From: Pseudomonas sp.
Lineage (GTDB): Bacteria > Pseudomonadota > Gammaproteobacteria > Pseudomonadales > Pseudomonadaceae
Direction of reading: 5' to 3'
DNA length: 51,531 bases
Assembly: GCA_036561825.1 (NCBI GenBank)
Contig: DATCUN010000261.1
Coordinates: 1 to 51,531 of the forward strand
Shown here: piece by piece, positions 30,604 through 42,074 of the stretch
How the letters are laid out: the number at the start of each line of letters is the position of its first letter
How positions within the stretch are numbered: position 1 is the first letter of the stretch
Program-made: the position numbers and the translations under genes
Notes under the pieces: generated by a model
The model's input: only the letters and a program-made list of their open reading frames with translations
What the model was told of the DNA's origin: nothing
The model's database searches: none

Positions 30604-31350
30604 ATGGCTGGTCATTCCAAATGGGCCAACATCAAGCACCGCAAGGGACGCCAGGACGCCAAGCGCGGCAAGATCTTCACCAAGCTGATTCGTGAGCTGA
30701 CCGTTTCCGCCAAGGGTGGGGCGAGCCCGGCTGACAACCCGCGCCTGCGCCTGGCGGTGGACAAGGCGCTGACCGCCAACATGTCGCGCGACGTGATCGA
30801 CCGCGCCATCGCCCGCGGTGCCGGCACCAACGAAGCCGACAACATGGCCGAGCTGAGCTACGAAGGCTACGCGCCGAGTGGCGTGGCGATCATCATCGAG
30901 GCGATGACCGACAACCGCAACCGCACCGCCGCCGAAGTGCGCCATGCCTTCAGCAAGTGCGGCGGCAACCTGGGCACCGACGGCTCGGTGGCCTACATGT
31001 TCGACCGCAAGGGGCAGATCAGCTTCGCCCCGGGCGTCAACGAGGAGGCCCTGATGGAGGCCGCGCTGGAAGCCGGTGCCGACGACATCGTCAGCAACGA
31101 CGACGGCTCGGTGGATGTGTTCACCAGCTTCGCCGACTTCCATGCGGTCAACGAGGCGCTCAACGCCGCCGGCTTCAAGGGCGACGAGGCCGAGGTGGCG
31201 ATGATCCCGTCGATCAGTGCGCCGGTCGCCGACCTGGAGACCGCGCAGAAGGTGCTCAAGCTGATCGACATGCTGGAAGACCTCGACGACGTGCAGAGCG
31301 TCTATCACAACGCCGAGATCCTCGACGAGATCATGGAGCAGCTGGACTGA
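30604..31350 (+). CDS. yebC: YebC/PmpR family protein
   Basis: [36 protein letters not shown]. Confidence 0.95.
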   Translation: MAGHSKWANIKHRKGRQDAKRGKIFTKLIRELTVSAKGGASPADNPRLRLAVDKALTANMSRDVIDRAIARGAGTNEADNMAELSYEGYAPSGVAIIIEAMTDNRNRTAAEVRHAFSKCGGNLGTDGSVAYMFDRKGQISFAPGVNEEALMEAALEAGADDIVSNDDGSVDVFTSFADFHAVNEALNAAGFKGDEAEVAMIPSISAPVADLETAQKVLKLIDMLEDLDDVQSVYHNAEILDEIMEQLD

Positions 31351-31373
31351 GGTCCGGGCGCCTGCGTGGCCTG

Positions 31374-31411
31374 AGCCGGAAGGGGCGCGCGCCCCTTCCG
31401 GCTTTTCTTTT
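31374..31411 (+). terminator. Intrinsic terminator after yebC
   Basis: Perfect 30-bp palindrome AGCCGGAAGGGGCGC|GCGCCCCTTCCGGCT followed by TTTCTTTT. Confidence 0.85.
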
Positions 31412-31539
31412 GGGAAGGCGGTCATGCGGCGGTGTGCCGGGCGTGACGCCGCCGCAGGGGCCACCTATACTCGCGGCTGGATAAATAGACAGTGAGGCCG
31501 GCGCGGCGTCATTGTCCGACACGCTTGGATGACGCCTGC

Positions 31540-32064
31540 ATGACCCTGATCCTCGGTATCGACCCCGGCTCGCGCATCACCGGCTACGGCGTGGTGCGCG
31601 ATACCGGGCGTGGCTGCGAGTATGTCGCCTCCGGCTGCATCCGCACCGGCGACGGCGCGCTGCCCGAGCGGCTGCAGAAGGTCTATCGCGGCGTGCGCGA
31701 GGTGATCCGCCTGCACGGGCCGGTGATGCTGGGCATCGAGCAGGTGTTCATGTCGCGCAATGCCGACTCGGCGCTCAAGCTCGGTCAGGCGCGCGGCGCG
31801 GCGCTGGTCGCGGCGATGGAGGAGGGGCTGAGCGTGGCCGAGTACACCGCCACCCAGGTCAAGCAGGCCATCGTCGGCACCGGCGCGGCGGACAAGCAGC
31901 AGGTGCAGCTGATGGTCATGCATCTGCTCAAGCTGGTGCAGAAACCGCAGATCGACGCCTCCGACGCCCTGGCCATCGCCCTCTGCCATGCCCATCATCG
32001 GCAGAGTCTGCTCCCCCATGGCCTGTCCAGCGCGCGTCGGCGCAGCGGACGGCTGCGTTTGTAA
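31540..32064 (+). CDS. ruvC: Holliday junction resolvase RuvC
   Basis: [33 protein letters not shown]. Confidence 0.97.
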   Translation: MTLILGIDPGSRITGYGVVRDTGRGCEYVASGCIRTGDGALPERLQKVYRGVREVIRLHGPVMLGIEQVFMSRNADSALKLGQARGAALVAAMEEGLSVAEYTATQVKQAIVGTGAADKQQVQLMVMHLLKLVQKPQIDASDALAIALCHAHHRQSLLPHGLSSARRRSGRLRL

Positions 32065-32079
32065 CAAGGAAACCGGATC

Positions 32080-32682
32080 GTGATCGGACGTTTGCGCGGA
32101 ACCCTGGCGGAGAAGCAGCCGCCGCATGTGCTGCTCGAGGTCGGCGGAGTCGGCTACGAGCTGGAAGTGCCGATGAGCACCCTGTACCGCCTGCCGGGCG
32201 TGGGCGAGCCGCTGACCCTGCACACCCATCTGGTGGTGCGCGAGGATGCCCATCTGCTCTACGGCTTTGCCGAAAAGCGCGAGCGCGAGCTGTTCCGCGA
32301 GCTGATCCGCCTCAACGGCGTCGGTCCCAAGCTGGCCCTGGCGCTGATGTCCGGACTGGAAGTGGACGAGCTGGTACGCTGCGTGCAAACCGGCGACACC
32401 AAGGCCCTGACCCGGGTGCCGGGCGTCGGCAAGAAAACCGCCGAGCGCCTGCTGGTGGAACTCAAGGACCGCTTTCAGGTCTGGGAATCCATGCCGGGTG
32501 CGCCGCTGGTGGTGGAGCCGGCGCGCGCGGCCAGCGTCTCCAGCGCCGAGGCCGATGCGGTCAGCGCCCTGGTCGCGCTCGGCTTCAAGCCGGCGGAAGC
32601 CAGCCGTGCCGTCGCCCTGGTGGACGAAGACGGTCTGTCCAGCGAAGAATTGATCCGTCGTGCCCTCAAGGGCATGGCCTGA
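32080..32682 (+). CDS. ruvA: Holliday junction branch migration protein RuvA
   Basis: GTG start; [27 protein letters not shown]. Confidence 0.97.
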   Translation: MIGRLRGTLAEKQPPHVLLEVGGVGYELEVPMSTLYRLPGVGEPLTLHTHLVVREDAHLLYGFAEKRERELFRELIRLNGVGPKLALALMSGLEVDELVRCVQTGDTKALTRVPGVGKKTAERLLVELKDRFQVWESMPGAPLVVEPARAASVSSAEADAVSALVALGFKPAEASRAVALVDEDGLSSEELIRRALKGMA

Positions 32683-32700
32683 ACCCGTGGATAAGCCCCG

Positions 32701-33750
<1,050 letters not shown>

Positions 33751-33790
33751 CGGAAAAATGGTTGGCAAGCCAGGGAGCCAGTACTAGAGT

Positions 33791-34234
33791 ATGCGCGCGC
33801 AAAACACGGGTCTGTCGTTCACCCATCGCTGTCGGGTCTACTATGAGGACACCGACGCCGGTGGCGTCGTCTATTACGTCAACTATCTCAAGTTCATGGA
33901 GCGGGCTCGCACCGAACGGTTGCGTGCGCTGGGCTTCGTCCAGTCGCAACTGGCGGGGGAGAACCTGCTGTTCGTCGTGCATTCGGCCGAAGCGCGCTAC
34001 CTGGCGCCGGCCCGGCTGGATGATGAACTGCTGGTCAGTGCCGAGGTAGTGGAGCTCAATCGTGCCAGCCTGCGCTTTCACCAGCAGGTACGGCGGGCCG
34101 GCGATGACGCGCTGCTCTGTGAAGGACGAGTCACGGTGGCCTGTGTGCGCGCCGACAGTTTCAAACCCCGGGCCATTCCCGAAGCGCTGCGAGCAGCCTT
34201 CAGCGGCGCGAGTCCAATCCCTGCAGGAGAGTAA
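33791..34234 (+). CDS. ybgC: Tol-Pal-associated acyl-CoA thioesterase
   Basis: [28 protein letters not shown]. Confidence 0.93.
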   Translation: MRAQNTGLSFTHRCRVYYEDTDAGGVVYYVNYLKFMERARTERLRALGFVQSQLAGENLLFVVHSAEARYLAPARLDDELLVSAEVVELNRASLRFHQQVRRAGDDALLCEGRVTVACVRADSFKPRAIPEALRAAFSGASPIPAGE

Positions 34235-34236
34235 GC

Positions 34237-34932
34237 GTGGAAGCCAACGCCGTTGACCATATGTCGATGTGGAGCCTGATCAGCAACGCCAGTTTCGTGG
34301 TGCAACTGGTGATGCTGATCCTGGTGGCCGCCTCGGTCACCTCGTGGATCATGATCTTCCAGCGCAGCAGTCTGCTGCGCGCCGCCAAGAAGGGCCTGGA
34401 CAGCTTCGAGGAGCGCTTCTGGTCGGGTATCGACCTGTCCAAGTTGTACCGCCAGGCCGGCAGCAATCCCGATCCGGACTCGGGGGTCGAGCAGATCTTC
34501 CGGGCCGGCTTCAAGGAGTTCTCCCGCCTGCGCCAGCAGCCGGGCGTCGACCCGGATGCGGTGATGGACGGCGTCAACCGCGCCATGCGCGTGGCCATCT
34601 CCCGCGAGGAAGAGAAGCTCGAACAGAGCCTGCCGTTCCTCGCCACGGTCGGCTCCACCAGCCCCTACATCGGTCTGTTCGGTACCGTGTGGGGCATCAT
34701 GAACTCCTTCCGTGGCCTGGCTCAGGTGCAGCAGGCGACCCTCGCCACCGTGGCCCCGGGCATCGCCGAGGCACTGATCGCCACCGCGATCGGCCTGTTT
34801 GCCGCGATTCCGGCGGTGATTGCCTACAACCGTTTTTCCTCCCGTGGCGAGATGCTGATCAACCGCTACTACACCTTCGCCGATGAATTCCAGGCCATCC
34901 TGCATCGCAAGGTCCACACCAGCGATGAATGA
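34237..34932 (+). CDS. tolQ: TolQ
   Basis: FEERFWSG, SPYIGLFGTVWGIM, VAPGIAEAL. Confidence 0.96.
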   Translation: MEANAVDHMSMWSLISNASFVVQLVMLILVAASVTSWIMIFQRSSLLRAAKKGLDSFEERFWSGIDLSKLYRQAGSNPDPDSGVEQIFRAGFKEFSRLRQQPGVDPDAVMDGVNRAMRVAISREEEKLEQSLPFLATVGSTSPYIGLFGTVWGIMNSFRGLAQVQQATLATVAPGIAEALIATAIGLFAAIPAVIAYNRFSSRGEMLINRYYTFADEFQAILHRKVHTSDE

Positions 34933-35032
34933 TGCGCTCCCCGGCGTATCCGTCCCCGTGCTCCGCGCCTGCGCGGCGGGGCGAGGGGGGCAGATGCCGG
35001 GCAAGGGTCTCTTGGATAGGTTCTATTAAGTC

Positions 35033-35485
35033 ATGGCCAGAATTCGCAACAGACGCAAGCCGGTCGCCGAGATGAACGTCGTGCCCTACATCGACGTGAT
35101 GCTGGTGCTGCTGGTGATCTTCATGGTGACTGCCCCGATGCTCAACCAGGGGGTCAAGGTCGACCTGCCCAAGGTGAGCAGCGAGGCGTTGCCGCAGGAC
35201 AACAACGCCCAGGTGCTGACCATCTCGATCAAGGCCGACAAGACCTACTACTGGAACATGGGCAGCGAGGTCGATGTCGATACCGCACAGGACAAGGCGC
35301 TGACCCTCGATGAGATGGTGCGCGCGGTCACCGCGATCATGAACCAGAGCCGCAGCCAGGGTAAGCAGGTCCAGGTGTTCGTGCGCGGCGACAAGGCGGT
35401 GGACTACGGAGCGGTCATGGCGGCCATGGGCGGTCTGCAGCAGGCCGGTGTGGGCAACGTCGGGCTGATTACCGAGGCGCCCTGA
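35033..35485 (+). CDS. tolR: TolR
   Basis: EMNVVPYIDVMLVLLVIFM, VRGDK. Confidence 0.96.
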   Translation: MARIRNRRKPVAEMNVVPYIDVMLVLLVIFMVTAPMLNQGVKVDLPKVSSEALPQDNNAQVLTISIKADKTYYWNMGSEVDVDTAQDKALTLDEMVRAVTAIMNQSRSQGKQVQVFVRGDKAVDYGAVMAAMGGLQQAGVGNVGLITEAP

Positions 35486-36534
35486 TGCAGCAGCACGAGC
35501 GTTCCCCCTCCGCATCGGAAAGCTATTTCTGGCCCACCATCTGGGCGGTAGCCCTGCACGCCCTGATCTTCGCCATGCTGTTCGTCAGTTTTGCCATGAC
35601 GCCGGAGCTGCCGCCGTCGCGGCCGATCGTCCAGGCCACCCTGTACCAGCTCAAGTCGCAGAGCCAGGCCACGGTGCAGACCAACCAGCGCATCGCGGGC
35701 GAGGCGAAGAAAACGGCGGCGCCGCAGTACGAAACTGAACAGATGGAGCAGAAGAAGGTCGAACAGCAGCGGGTCGCGGCGGCCAAGGCGGCGGAGCAGA
35801 AGAAGGCCGAGCAGGCTGCCGCGGCGCAGAAGGAAGCGGCAGCGGCCAAGGCCGAGGCGCAGAAGCAGGCGGAGGCGGCAGCCAAGGCCGAGGCGGCGAA
35901 GAAGGCCGCCGAGCAGAAGCAGCAGGCTGATTTCGCCAAGAAAAAAGCCGCCGAGGACGCCAAGAAAAAGGCCGAAGAGGCTGCCAAGCAGAAAGATGCC
36001 GAAGAGGCGGCGAAGAAGAAGTCGGCCGAGGAAGCCAAGAAAAAGGCTGCCGAGGACGCGAAGAAGAAAGCCGCCGAGGAGGCCAAGAAAAAGGCCGCCG
36101 CGGAGGCTGCCAAGAAGAAGGCGGCCGAGCAGTCTGCCCGCAAGGCCCAGGAAGACAAGAAGGCTGCGGCGCTGGCCGAACTGCTCTCCGACGACGTGCA
36201 ACACCAGCAGGCGCTGGCCGACGAGGTCGGCGACCAGGTGGCCGGCAGCCTCGACGACCTGATCGTCAACCTGGTCAGCCAGCAGTGGCGCCGGCCGCCG
36301 TCGGCGCGCAATGGCATGAGCGTGGAAGTGCTGATCCAGATGCTGCCCGACGGCACCATCACCAACGCCAGCGTCTCCCGCGCCAGCGGCGACGCGGCCT
36401 TCGACAATTCGGCCGTGGCGGCGGTACGCAATGTCGGCCGCATCCCGGAAATGCAGCAGCTGGACCGCGCGACCTTCGACAAGATGTATCGTCAGCGTCG
36501 CATGATATTCAAACCGGAGGATTTGAGCCTGTGA
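35485..36534 (+). CDS. tolA: TolA
   Basis: TM anchor with His, long Ala/Lys/Glu helical repeats, TonB-C-like C-terminus. Confidence 0.95.
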   Translation: MQQHERSPSASESYFWPTIWAVALHALIFAMLFVSFAMTPELPPSRPIVQATLYQLKSQSQATVQTNQRIAGEAKKTAAPQYETEQMEQKKVEQQRVAAAKAAEQKKAEQAAAAQKEAAAAKAEAQKQAEAAAKAEAAKKAAEQKQQADFAKKKAAEDAKKKAEEAAKQKDAEEAAKKKSAEEAKKKAAEDAKKKAAEEAKKKAAAEAAKKKAAEQSARKAQEDKKAAALAELLSDDVQHQQALADEVGDQVAGSLDDLIVNLVSQQWRRPPSARNGMSVEVLIQMLPDGTITNASVSRASGDAAFDNSAVAAVRNVGRIPEMQQLDRATFDKMYRQRRMIFKPEDLSL

Positions 36535-37835
36535 ACACCCTGATTCGCATGGCCCTGCTGGGCCTGGTGCTGCTCGCCGGTATGGCGAAGGCAGCCGACC
36601 CGCTGGTGATTTCCAGCGGTACCGATCGGGCCATCCCGATCGCCGTGGTGCCGTTCGGCTCGCAGGGCGGTGCCGTGCTGCCCGAGGACATGGCCGATAT
36701 CATCGGCAAGGACCTGCGCAACTCCGGCTACTTCGAGCCGATTCCGCGCCAGAACATGATCAGCCTGCCCAGTCAGGCCAGCGAGGTCATCTACCGCGAC
36801 TGGAAGGCCCTCGGCGCCCAGTACGTGCTGACGGGCAGCATGGTGCCCAGCGGCGGCGGCGTGCAGATCCAGTACGCGCTGTTCAACGTCACCACCGAGC
36901 AGCAGATGCTGACCGGCAGCGTCGGCGGCACCACCGCGCAGCTGCGCGACATGGCGCACTTCATTGCCGACCAGTCGTTCGAGAAGCTCACCGGCATCAA
37001 GGGGGCCTTCTCCACCAAGCTGCTATTCGTCACCGCCGAGCGCTTTGCCGCCAACAATACCCGCTACACCCTGCAACGTTCCGACTATGACGGCGCCCGT
37101 GCGGTGACCCTGCTGCAGTCGCGCGAGCCGATCCTGTCGCCGAGCTTCGCGCCGGACGGTCGGCGCATCGCCTACGTGTCCTTCGAGCAGCAGCGCCCGC
37201 GCATTTTCGTGCAGAACATCGATACCGGCCGCCGCGAGCAGATCACCAATTTCGAGGGCCTCAACGGCGCTCCGGCCTGGTCGCCGGACGGCAGTCGCCT
37301 GGCCTTCGTGCTGTCGCGCGACGGCAACCCGGAGATCTACGTGATGGACATGGGCAGCCGCCAGGTGCGTCGCGTGACCAACGACCAGTCCATCGACACC
37401 GAGCCCTTCTGGGGCAAGGACGGCCAGACCATCTACTTCACCTCGGATCGTGGTGGCAAGCCGCAGATCTACAAGACCCGCGTCGGCGGCGGTGGGGCCG
37501 AGCGCGTGACCTTCGTCGGCAACTACAACGCCAACCCGAAGTTGTCGGCGGATGAGCGCACCCTGGTCATGGTGCATCGGCAGGATGGCTTCACCGTCTT
37601 CAAGGTGGCTGCGCTGGACCTGCAGCGCGGTGGCGCTCCGCGCATCCTCTCCGGGGAGACCAGTCTGGACGAGTCGCCCACTGTCGCGCCCAACGGCACC
37701 ATGCTAATCTACGCCACCCGTCAGCAGGGCCGTGGAGTGCTGATGCTCGTCTCCGTCAATGGACGTGTGCGCCTTCCGATACCTGCGGCTCAAGGCGAAA
37801 TCCGTGAGCCTTCCTGGTCTCCCTATTTGAACTGA
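36531..37835 (+). CDS. tolB: TolB
   Basis: GTG start overlapping tolA stop; signal peptide; IPIAVVPF; PAWSPDG propeller repeats; EPSWSP end. Confidence 0.96.
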   Translation: MNTLIRMALLGLVLLAGMAKAADPLVISSGTDRAIPIAVVPFGSQGGAVLPEDMADIIGKDLRNSGYFEPIPRQNMISLPSQASEVIYRDWKALGAQYVLTGSMVPSGGGVQIQYALFNVTTEQQMLTGSVGGTTAQLRDMAHFIADQSFEKLTGIKGAFSTKLLFVTAERFAANNTRYTLQRSDYDGARAVTLLQSREPILSPSFAPDGRRIAYVSFEQQRPRIFVQNIDTGRREQITNFEGLNGAPAWSPDGSRLAFVLSRDGNPEIYVMDMGSRQVRRVTNDQSIDTEPFWGKDGQTIYFTSDRGGKPQIYKTRVGGGGAERVTFVGNYNANPKLSADERTLVMVHRQDGFTVFKVAALDLQRGGAPRILSGETSLDESPTVAPNGTMLIYATRQQGRGVLMLVSVNGRVRLPIPAAQGEIREPSWSPYLN

Positions 37836-37910
37836 CGGCGGCTGCCAACTGCTCGTTTCAATACCTTGTTTTGAACACGTTGTTTTGAATACACACTGGG
37901 GTTTTAAAAG

Positions 37911-38411
37911 ATGGAAATGCTGAAATTCGGCAAGTTTGCTGCGCTGGCTCTGGCGATGGCTGTTGCTGTAGGTTGCTCCTCCAAGGGTGGCGATGCCGCT
38001 GGCGAAGGCGCAGTCGATCCGAACGCTGGCTACGGTGCCAACGCCGGTGCCGTCGACGGCAGCCTGGGTGGCGAAGAAGCCGCTCTGCGCGCCATCACCA
38101 CCTTCTTCTTCGAGTACGACAGCTCCGACCTGAAGCCGGAAGCCATGCGCGCTCTGGACGTTCACGCCAAGGACCTGCAGGCCAGCGGCCAGCGCGTAGT
38201 CCTGGAAGGCCACGCCGACGAGCGCGGTACCCGCGAGTACAACATGGCTCTGGGCGAGCGTCGCGCCAAGGCCGTTCAGCGCTACCTGGTGCTGCAGGGC
38301 GTGTCCCCGGCTCAGCTGGAGCTGGTGTCCTACGGTGAAGAGCGTGCGCTGGTTGCCGGCAGCAGCGAAGAAAGCTGGGCGCAGAACCGTCGCGTCGAAC
38401 TGAAGAAGTAA
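37911..38411 (+). CDS. pal: Peptidoglycan-associated lipoprotein Pal (OprL)
   Basis: Lipobox AVGC; [21 protein letters not shown]; NRRVE. Confidence 0.97.
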   Translation: MEMLKFGKFAALALAMAVAVGCSSKGGDAAGEGAVDPNAGYGANAGAVDGSLGGEEAALRAITTFFFEYDSSDLKPEAMRALDVHAKDLQASGQRVVLEGHADERGTREYNMALGERRAKAVQRYLVLQGVSPAQLELVSYGEERALVAGSSEESWAQNRRVELKK

Positions 38412-38417
38412 TACGCC

Positions 38418-39212
38418 ATGCACAAGCACTCCCGTCTCCTGACCCTGCTGGCTCTGGCCGCACCACTCACGACCTGGGCGCAGGTGCCCGTCATGGATGG
38501 TAGCAACGGTTATCCGCCGTCCGGCTACGGTGCGACGGGAGCTGCTTATGCCGGCGGCGCGGCTACCGCGCCTGCCTCGGCACAGGGTGAACTCTTCCTG
38601 CAGCTGCAGCAGTTGCAGGAAGAGGTCTCCCGCATGCGGGGCACGTTGGAAGAACAGCAGTACGAGATCAAGCAGCTCAAGCAGGAAAGTCTGCAGCGTT
38701 ACCAGGACCTGGACAGTCGTCTGTCCGGTGCAGGCCAGGCTCCGGCACCCGCAGCCCAGGCGCCCCTGGCTCCCGCGGCGGCAGACTCGGCATCTGCCGG
38801 TCAGGCTCCGGCGGCGAATGCCGCGCCGGGCGATCCGGCCAAGGAAAAGCTGTTCTACGATGCCGCCTTCGACCTGATCAAGGCGAAGGATTTTGCCAAG
38901 GCCGACCAGGCCTTCAGCGCATTTCTGCGCAAGTATCCGACCAGTCAGTACGCCGGCAACGCGCAGTACTGGCTGGGTGAAGTGAAGCTCGCCCAGGGCG
39001 ATCTGCAGGGCGCCGGGCAGTCGTTCGCCCGCGTCAGCCAGGGCTACCCGGACCACCAGAAGGTGGCCGACTCGCTGTACAAGCTGGCCGATGTCGAGCA
39101 GCGTCTCGGCAATGTCGCCAAGGCCAAGGGCATCCTGCAGCAGGTGATCGCCCAGTATCCGGGCACCTCCGCCGCTCAGCTGGCCAAGCGGGATCTCGCC
39201 CGTCTGCCCTGA
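38418..39212 (+). CDS. cpoB: Cell division coordinator CpoB (YbgF)
   Basis: Signal peptide, coiled coil, TPR (NAQYWLGE), follows pal. Confidence 0.92.
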   Translation: MHKHSRLLTLLALAAPLTTWAQVPVMDGSNGYPPSGYGATGAAYAGGAATAPASAQGELFLQLQQLQEEVSRMRGTLEEQQYEIKQLKQESLQRYQDLDSRLSGAGQAPAPAAQAPLAPAAADSASAGQAPAANAAPGDPAKEKLFYDAAFDLIKAKDFAKADQAFSAFLRKYPTSQYAGNAQYWLGEVKLAQGDLQGAGQSFARVSQGYPDHQKVADSLYKLADVEQRLGNVAKAKGILQQVIAQYPGTSAAQLAKRDLARLP

Positions 39213-39231
39213 ACAGCGAGCGCTTCTGAGG

Positions 39232-39257
39232 AAACCCGCGCCCGGCGCGGGTTTTTT
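39232..39257 (+). terminator. Intrinsic terminator after cpoB
   Basis: AAACCCGCGC-CCG-GCGCGGGTTT-TTT. Confidence 0.85.
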
Positions 39258-39332
39258 CGTTAAAATCGCCGCACTTTTTCCACATCCTGCAACGGAGGCG
39301 GTTGGCCTGTTTCGCCATCACGCCCGGGGCTT

Positions 39333-39980
39333 ATGAACCAGACTCTGCGCATCACCGAAATCTTCTATTCGCTGCAGGGGGAAGCACGTACCGTCGGCCT
39401 GCCGACCGTATTCGTGCGCCTGACCGGCTGTCCCCTGCGCTGTCAGTACTGCGATACCGCCTACGCCTTCAGCGGCGGCGAGATCATGACTCTGGAGCAG
39501 ATCCTCGCGCGGGTCGCCAGCTACCAGCCGCGCTACGTCTGCGTGACCGGCGGCGAGCCGCTGGCGCAGCCGAACTGCATCCCGCTGCTCGCGGCGCTGT
39601 GCGACGCCGGCTACGAGGTGTCGCTGGAAACCAGCGGCGCCCTGGATATCGCTGCGGTGGACACCCGCGTCAGCCGGGTGGTCGACCTGAAGACGCCGGG
39701 CTCGGCCGAGGTCGGCCGCAACCGCTACGAGAACATGGCGCAGCTGACCCGCAACGACCAGGTCAAGTTCGTCATCTGTTCGCGCGAGGACTACGACTGG
39801 GCGGTGTCGAAAATCATCGAATACCGCCTGGAGCAGCGTGCGGGCGAGGTGCTGATGTCGCCCAGCCATCATCAGCTGGAGGCGCGCAGCCTGGCCGGCT
39901 GGATCATCGCCGACAACCTGCCGGTGCGCCTGCAACTGCAACTGCACAAATATCTGTGGAACGACGAGCCGGGGCATTGA
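39333..39980 (+). CDS. queE: 7-carboxy-7-deazaguanine synthase (radical SAM)
   Basis: [28 protein letters not shown]. Confidence 0.95.
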   Translation: MNQTLRITEIFYSLQGEARTVGLPTVFVRLTGCPLRCQYCDTAYAFSGGEIMTLEQILARVASYQPRYVCVTGGEPLAQPNCIPLLAALCDAGYEVSLETSGALDIAAVDTRVSRVVDLKTPGSAEVGRNRYENMAQLTRNDQVKFVICSREDYDWAVSKIIEYRLEQRAGEVLMSPSHHQLEARSLAGWIIADNLPVRLQLQLHKYLWNDEPGH

Positions 39981-39981
39981 G

Positions 39982-40656
39982 ATGAGCGAGAAGAGGGCGG
40001 TAATCCTGCTTTCCGGCGGCCTCGACTCCGCCACCGTACTGGCCATGGCACGCGCCGAGGGCTATGCCTGCTACACCATGAGCTTCGACTACGGCCAGCG
40101 GCACCGCGCCGAGCTGCAGGCGGCCGAGCGGGTGGCGCATCAGCTCGGTGCGCTGGAGCACAAGGTGGTCGGCATCAACCTCAACGGCATTGGCGGCTCG
40201 GCGCTGACCGACAGCACCATCGCCGTGCCGGAGGAGCCGGCTGAGGGCATCCCGGTAACCTACGTGCCGGCGCGCAATACGCTGTTCCTGTCCCTGGCGC
40301 TGGGCTGGGCCGAGGTGCTGGGGGCGCACGACATCTTCATCGGCGTCAATGCCGTGGACTATTCGGGCTATCCCGACTGCCGGCCGGAATTCATCGATGC
40401 CTTCGAGCGCCTGGCCAATCTGGCGACCAAGGCCGGCGTGGAAGGCGAGGGCTTCCGCATTCGGGCGCCGCTGCAGTACCTGTCCAAGGCGCAGATCATC
40501 CAGGCTGGGCTGGCACGCGGCGTGGAGTATGGCTTGACCGTGTCCTGCTACCAGGCCGATGCGGATGGCCGCGCCTGCGGGCGCTGCGACAGCTGCCGCC
40601 TGCGTGCCGAAGGCTTCCGTGCGGCCGGGATGGTCGACCCGACCCGCTATTTTTGA
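39982..40656 (+). CDS. queC: 7-cyano-7-deazaguanine synthase
   Basis: SGGLDS, TYVPARN, GYPDCR, SCY...CGRCDSC. Confidence 0.96.
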   Translation: MSEKRAVILLSGGLDSATVLAMARAEGYACYTMSFDYGQRHRAELQAAERVAHQLGALEHKVVGINLNGIGGSALTDSTIAVPEEPAEGIPVTYVPARNTLFLSLALGWAEVLGAHDIFIGVNAVDYSGYPDCRPEFIDAFERLANLATKAGVEGEGFRIRAPLQYLSKAQIIQAGLARGVEYGLTVSCYQADADGRACGRCDSCRLRAEGFRAAGMVDPTRYF

Positions 40657-40675
40657 AATTCTTTCCCTTGGGGTG

Positions 40676-40703
40676 TTGTATTTCCGTTAGAAATCAGTAA
40701 TAT
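40676..40703 (+). promoter_or_regulatory. Putative sigma70 promoter of tRNA-Lys
   Basis: TTGTAT-N16-TAATAT ending 12 bp before the tRNA. Confidence 0.55.
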
Positions 40704-40715
40704 ACATCTCAAGTT

Positions 40716-40790
40716 GGGGCGTTAGCTCAGTGGTAGAGCAGTTGGCTTTTAACCAATTGGTCGTAGGTTCGAATCCCACACGCCCCACCA
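40716..40790 (+). tRNA. tRNA-Lys (anticodon UUU)
   Basis: Cloverleaf GGGGCGT...ACGCCCC-ACCA; anticodon arm TTGG-CTTTTAA-CCAA; GTTCGAATC T loop. Confidence 0.96.
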
Positions 40791-40813
40791 TCTACTTCTT
40801 CCTCGGAAGAACG

Positions 40814-40857
40814 AAAAGCTGGAAGTTGATCCGCAAGGGTTGGTTTCCGGCTTTTTT
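40814..40857 (+). terminator. Terminator after tRNA-Lys
   Basis: AAAAGCTGGAAG...GCAA loop...TTTCCGGCTTTTTT, imperfect stem. Confidence 0.7.
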
Positions 40858-40955
40858 CGTATGCGCAGTATGCCTCCGTCGACTCTGCCTGCATGCGGCA
40901 GGGGCGCGAGTCTATACTTGTATCCCGCACCGCCGTGTCAGCAGGTCCTGCGAAT

Positions 40956-42014
40956 ATGTCCCAAGTTTCCGAACGTCTTCTGGTTCAAGCTCATCTGGAT
41001 GCCAAGCAGCCGCGCCCGCTGACTGCCGAGGAAGTTGCTGACTACCGCCAGGCGATCGCCGCCGAGCTCAAGGCGCGTGACGCCGTTCTGGTTGCCCACT
41101 ACTACACCGATCCGATTCTCCAGGCGCTGGCCGAGGAAACCGGTGGCTGCGTCGCCGACTCGCTGGAAATGGCCCGTTTCGGCAGCCAGCACCCGGCCTC
41201 GACCATCGTGGTGGCTGGGGTCAGGTTCATGGGCGAGACGGCGAAGATCCTCAATCCGGAAAAGCGCATCCTGATGCCGACCCTGGAGGCGACCTGTTCG
41301 CTGGATCTGGGCTGCCCGGTCGAGGAGTTTTCCGCCTACTGCGACCAGCACCCCGAGCGCACCGTGGTGGTCTACGCCAACACCTCGGCGGCGGTGAAGG
41401 CGCGTGCCGACTGGGTGGTGACCTCCAGCTGCGCGCTGGAGATCGTCGAGAGCCTGATGGACAACGGCGAGAAGATCCTCTGGGCGCCGGATCAGCACCT
41501 GGGGCGCTACATCCAGCGCGAGACCGGTGCGGACATGCTGCTCTGGGAGGGGGCGTGCATCGTCCACGAGGAGTTCAAGGCCCGGCAGCTGCACGACCTC
41601 AAGGCGCTGTATCCGGATGCGGCGGTGCTGGTGCACCCCGAGTCGCCGGAGGCGGTGGTCGCGCTGGCGGATGCGGTGGGCTCCACCAGCCAGCTGATCA
41701 AGGCGGCGCAGACCCTGCCGAACCAGATCTTCATCGTCGCCACCGATCGCGGCATCCTCTACAAGATGCAGCAGCTGTGCCCCGGCAAATCGTTCATCGA
41801 GGCGCCGACCGCCGGCCAGGGTGCGGCCTGCCGCAGTTGCGCGCACTGCCCGTGGATGGCGATGAACACCCTGGAGCGCACCCTGCAGTGCCTGCGCACC
41901 GGCAGCAACGAGATCCACGTCGATCCGGCGCTGATCCCCAAGGCGGTCAAGCCGCTCAAGCGCATGCTCGACTTCACCCAGGCAGCGCGGCTCAAGCTGA
42001 GCGGCAACGCCTGA
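40956..42014 (+). CDS. nadA: Quinolinate synthase A
   Basis: LVAHYY, DSLEM, ATCSL, YANT, CIVH, HPES, CPWM. Confidence 0.96.
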   Translation: MSQVSERLLVQAHLDAKQPRPLTAEEVADYRQAIAAELKARDAVLVAHYYTDPILQALAEETGGCVADSLEMARFGSQHPASTIVVAGVRFMGETAKILNPEKRILMPTLEATCSLDLGCPVEEFSAYCDQHPERTVVVYANTSAAVKARADWVVTSSCALEIVESLMDNGEKILWAPDQHLGRYIQRETGADMLLWEGACIVHEEFKARQLHDLKALYPDAAVLVHPESPEAVVALADAVGSTSQLIKAAQTLPNQIFIVATDRGILYKMQQLCPGKSFIEAPTAGQGAACRSCAHCPWMAMNTLERTLQCLRTGSNEIHVDPALIPKAVKPLKRMLDFTQAARLKLSGNA

Positions 42015-42032
42015 GGGGTAGGCGAAAACACC

Positions 42033-42057
42033 AAGGCCCGGCTAATTGCCGGGCCTT
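42033..42057. terminator. Hairpin terminator between convergent nadA and bepA
   Basis: AAGGCCCGGC-TAATT-GCCGGGCCTT. Confidence 0.7.
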
Positions 42058-42074
42058 CTGCTTTACGGGCTGGC

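Noticed and set aside
35770-36180. Tandem AAGAAGGCCGCCGAG-like repeats
   Set aside because: They encode the normal KKKAAEEA helical repeats of TolA; not a CRISPR array or separate element
39333-40656. queE-queC as a 7-deazaguanine DNA-modification (dpd) defence island
   Set aside because: Standard housekeeping position after cpoB, host-like composition and no dpd genes nearby
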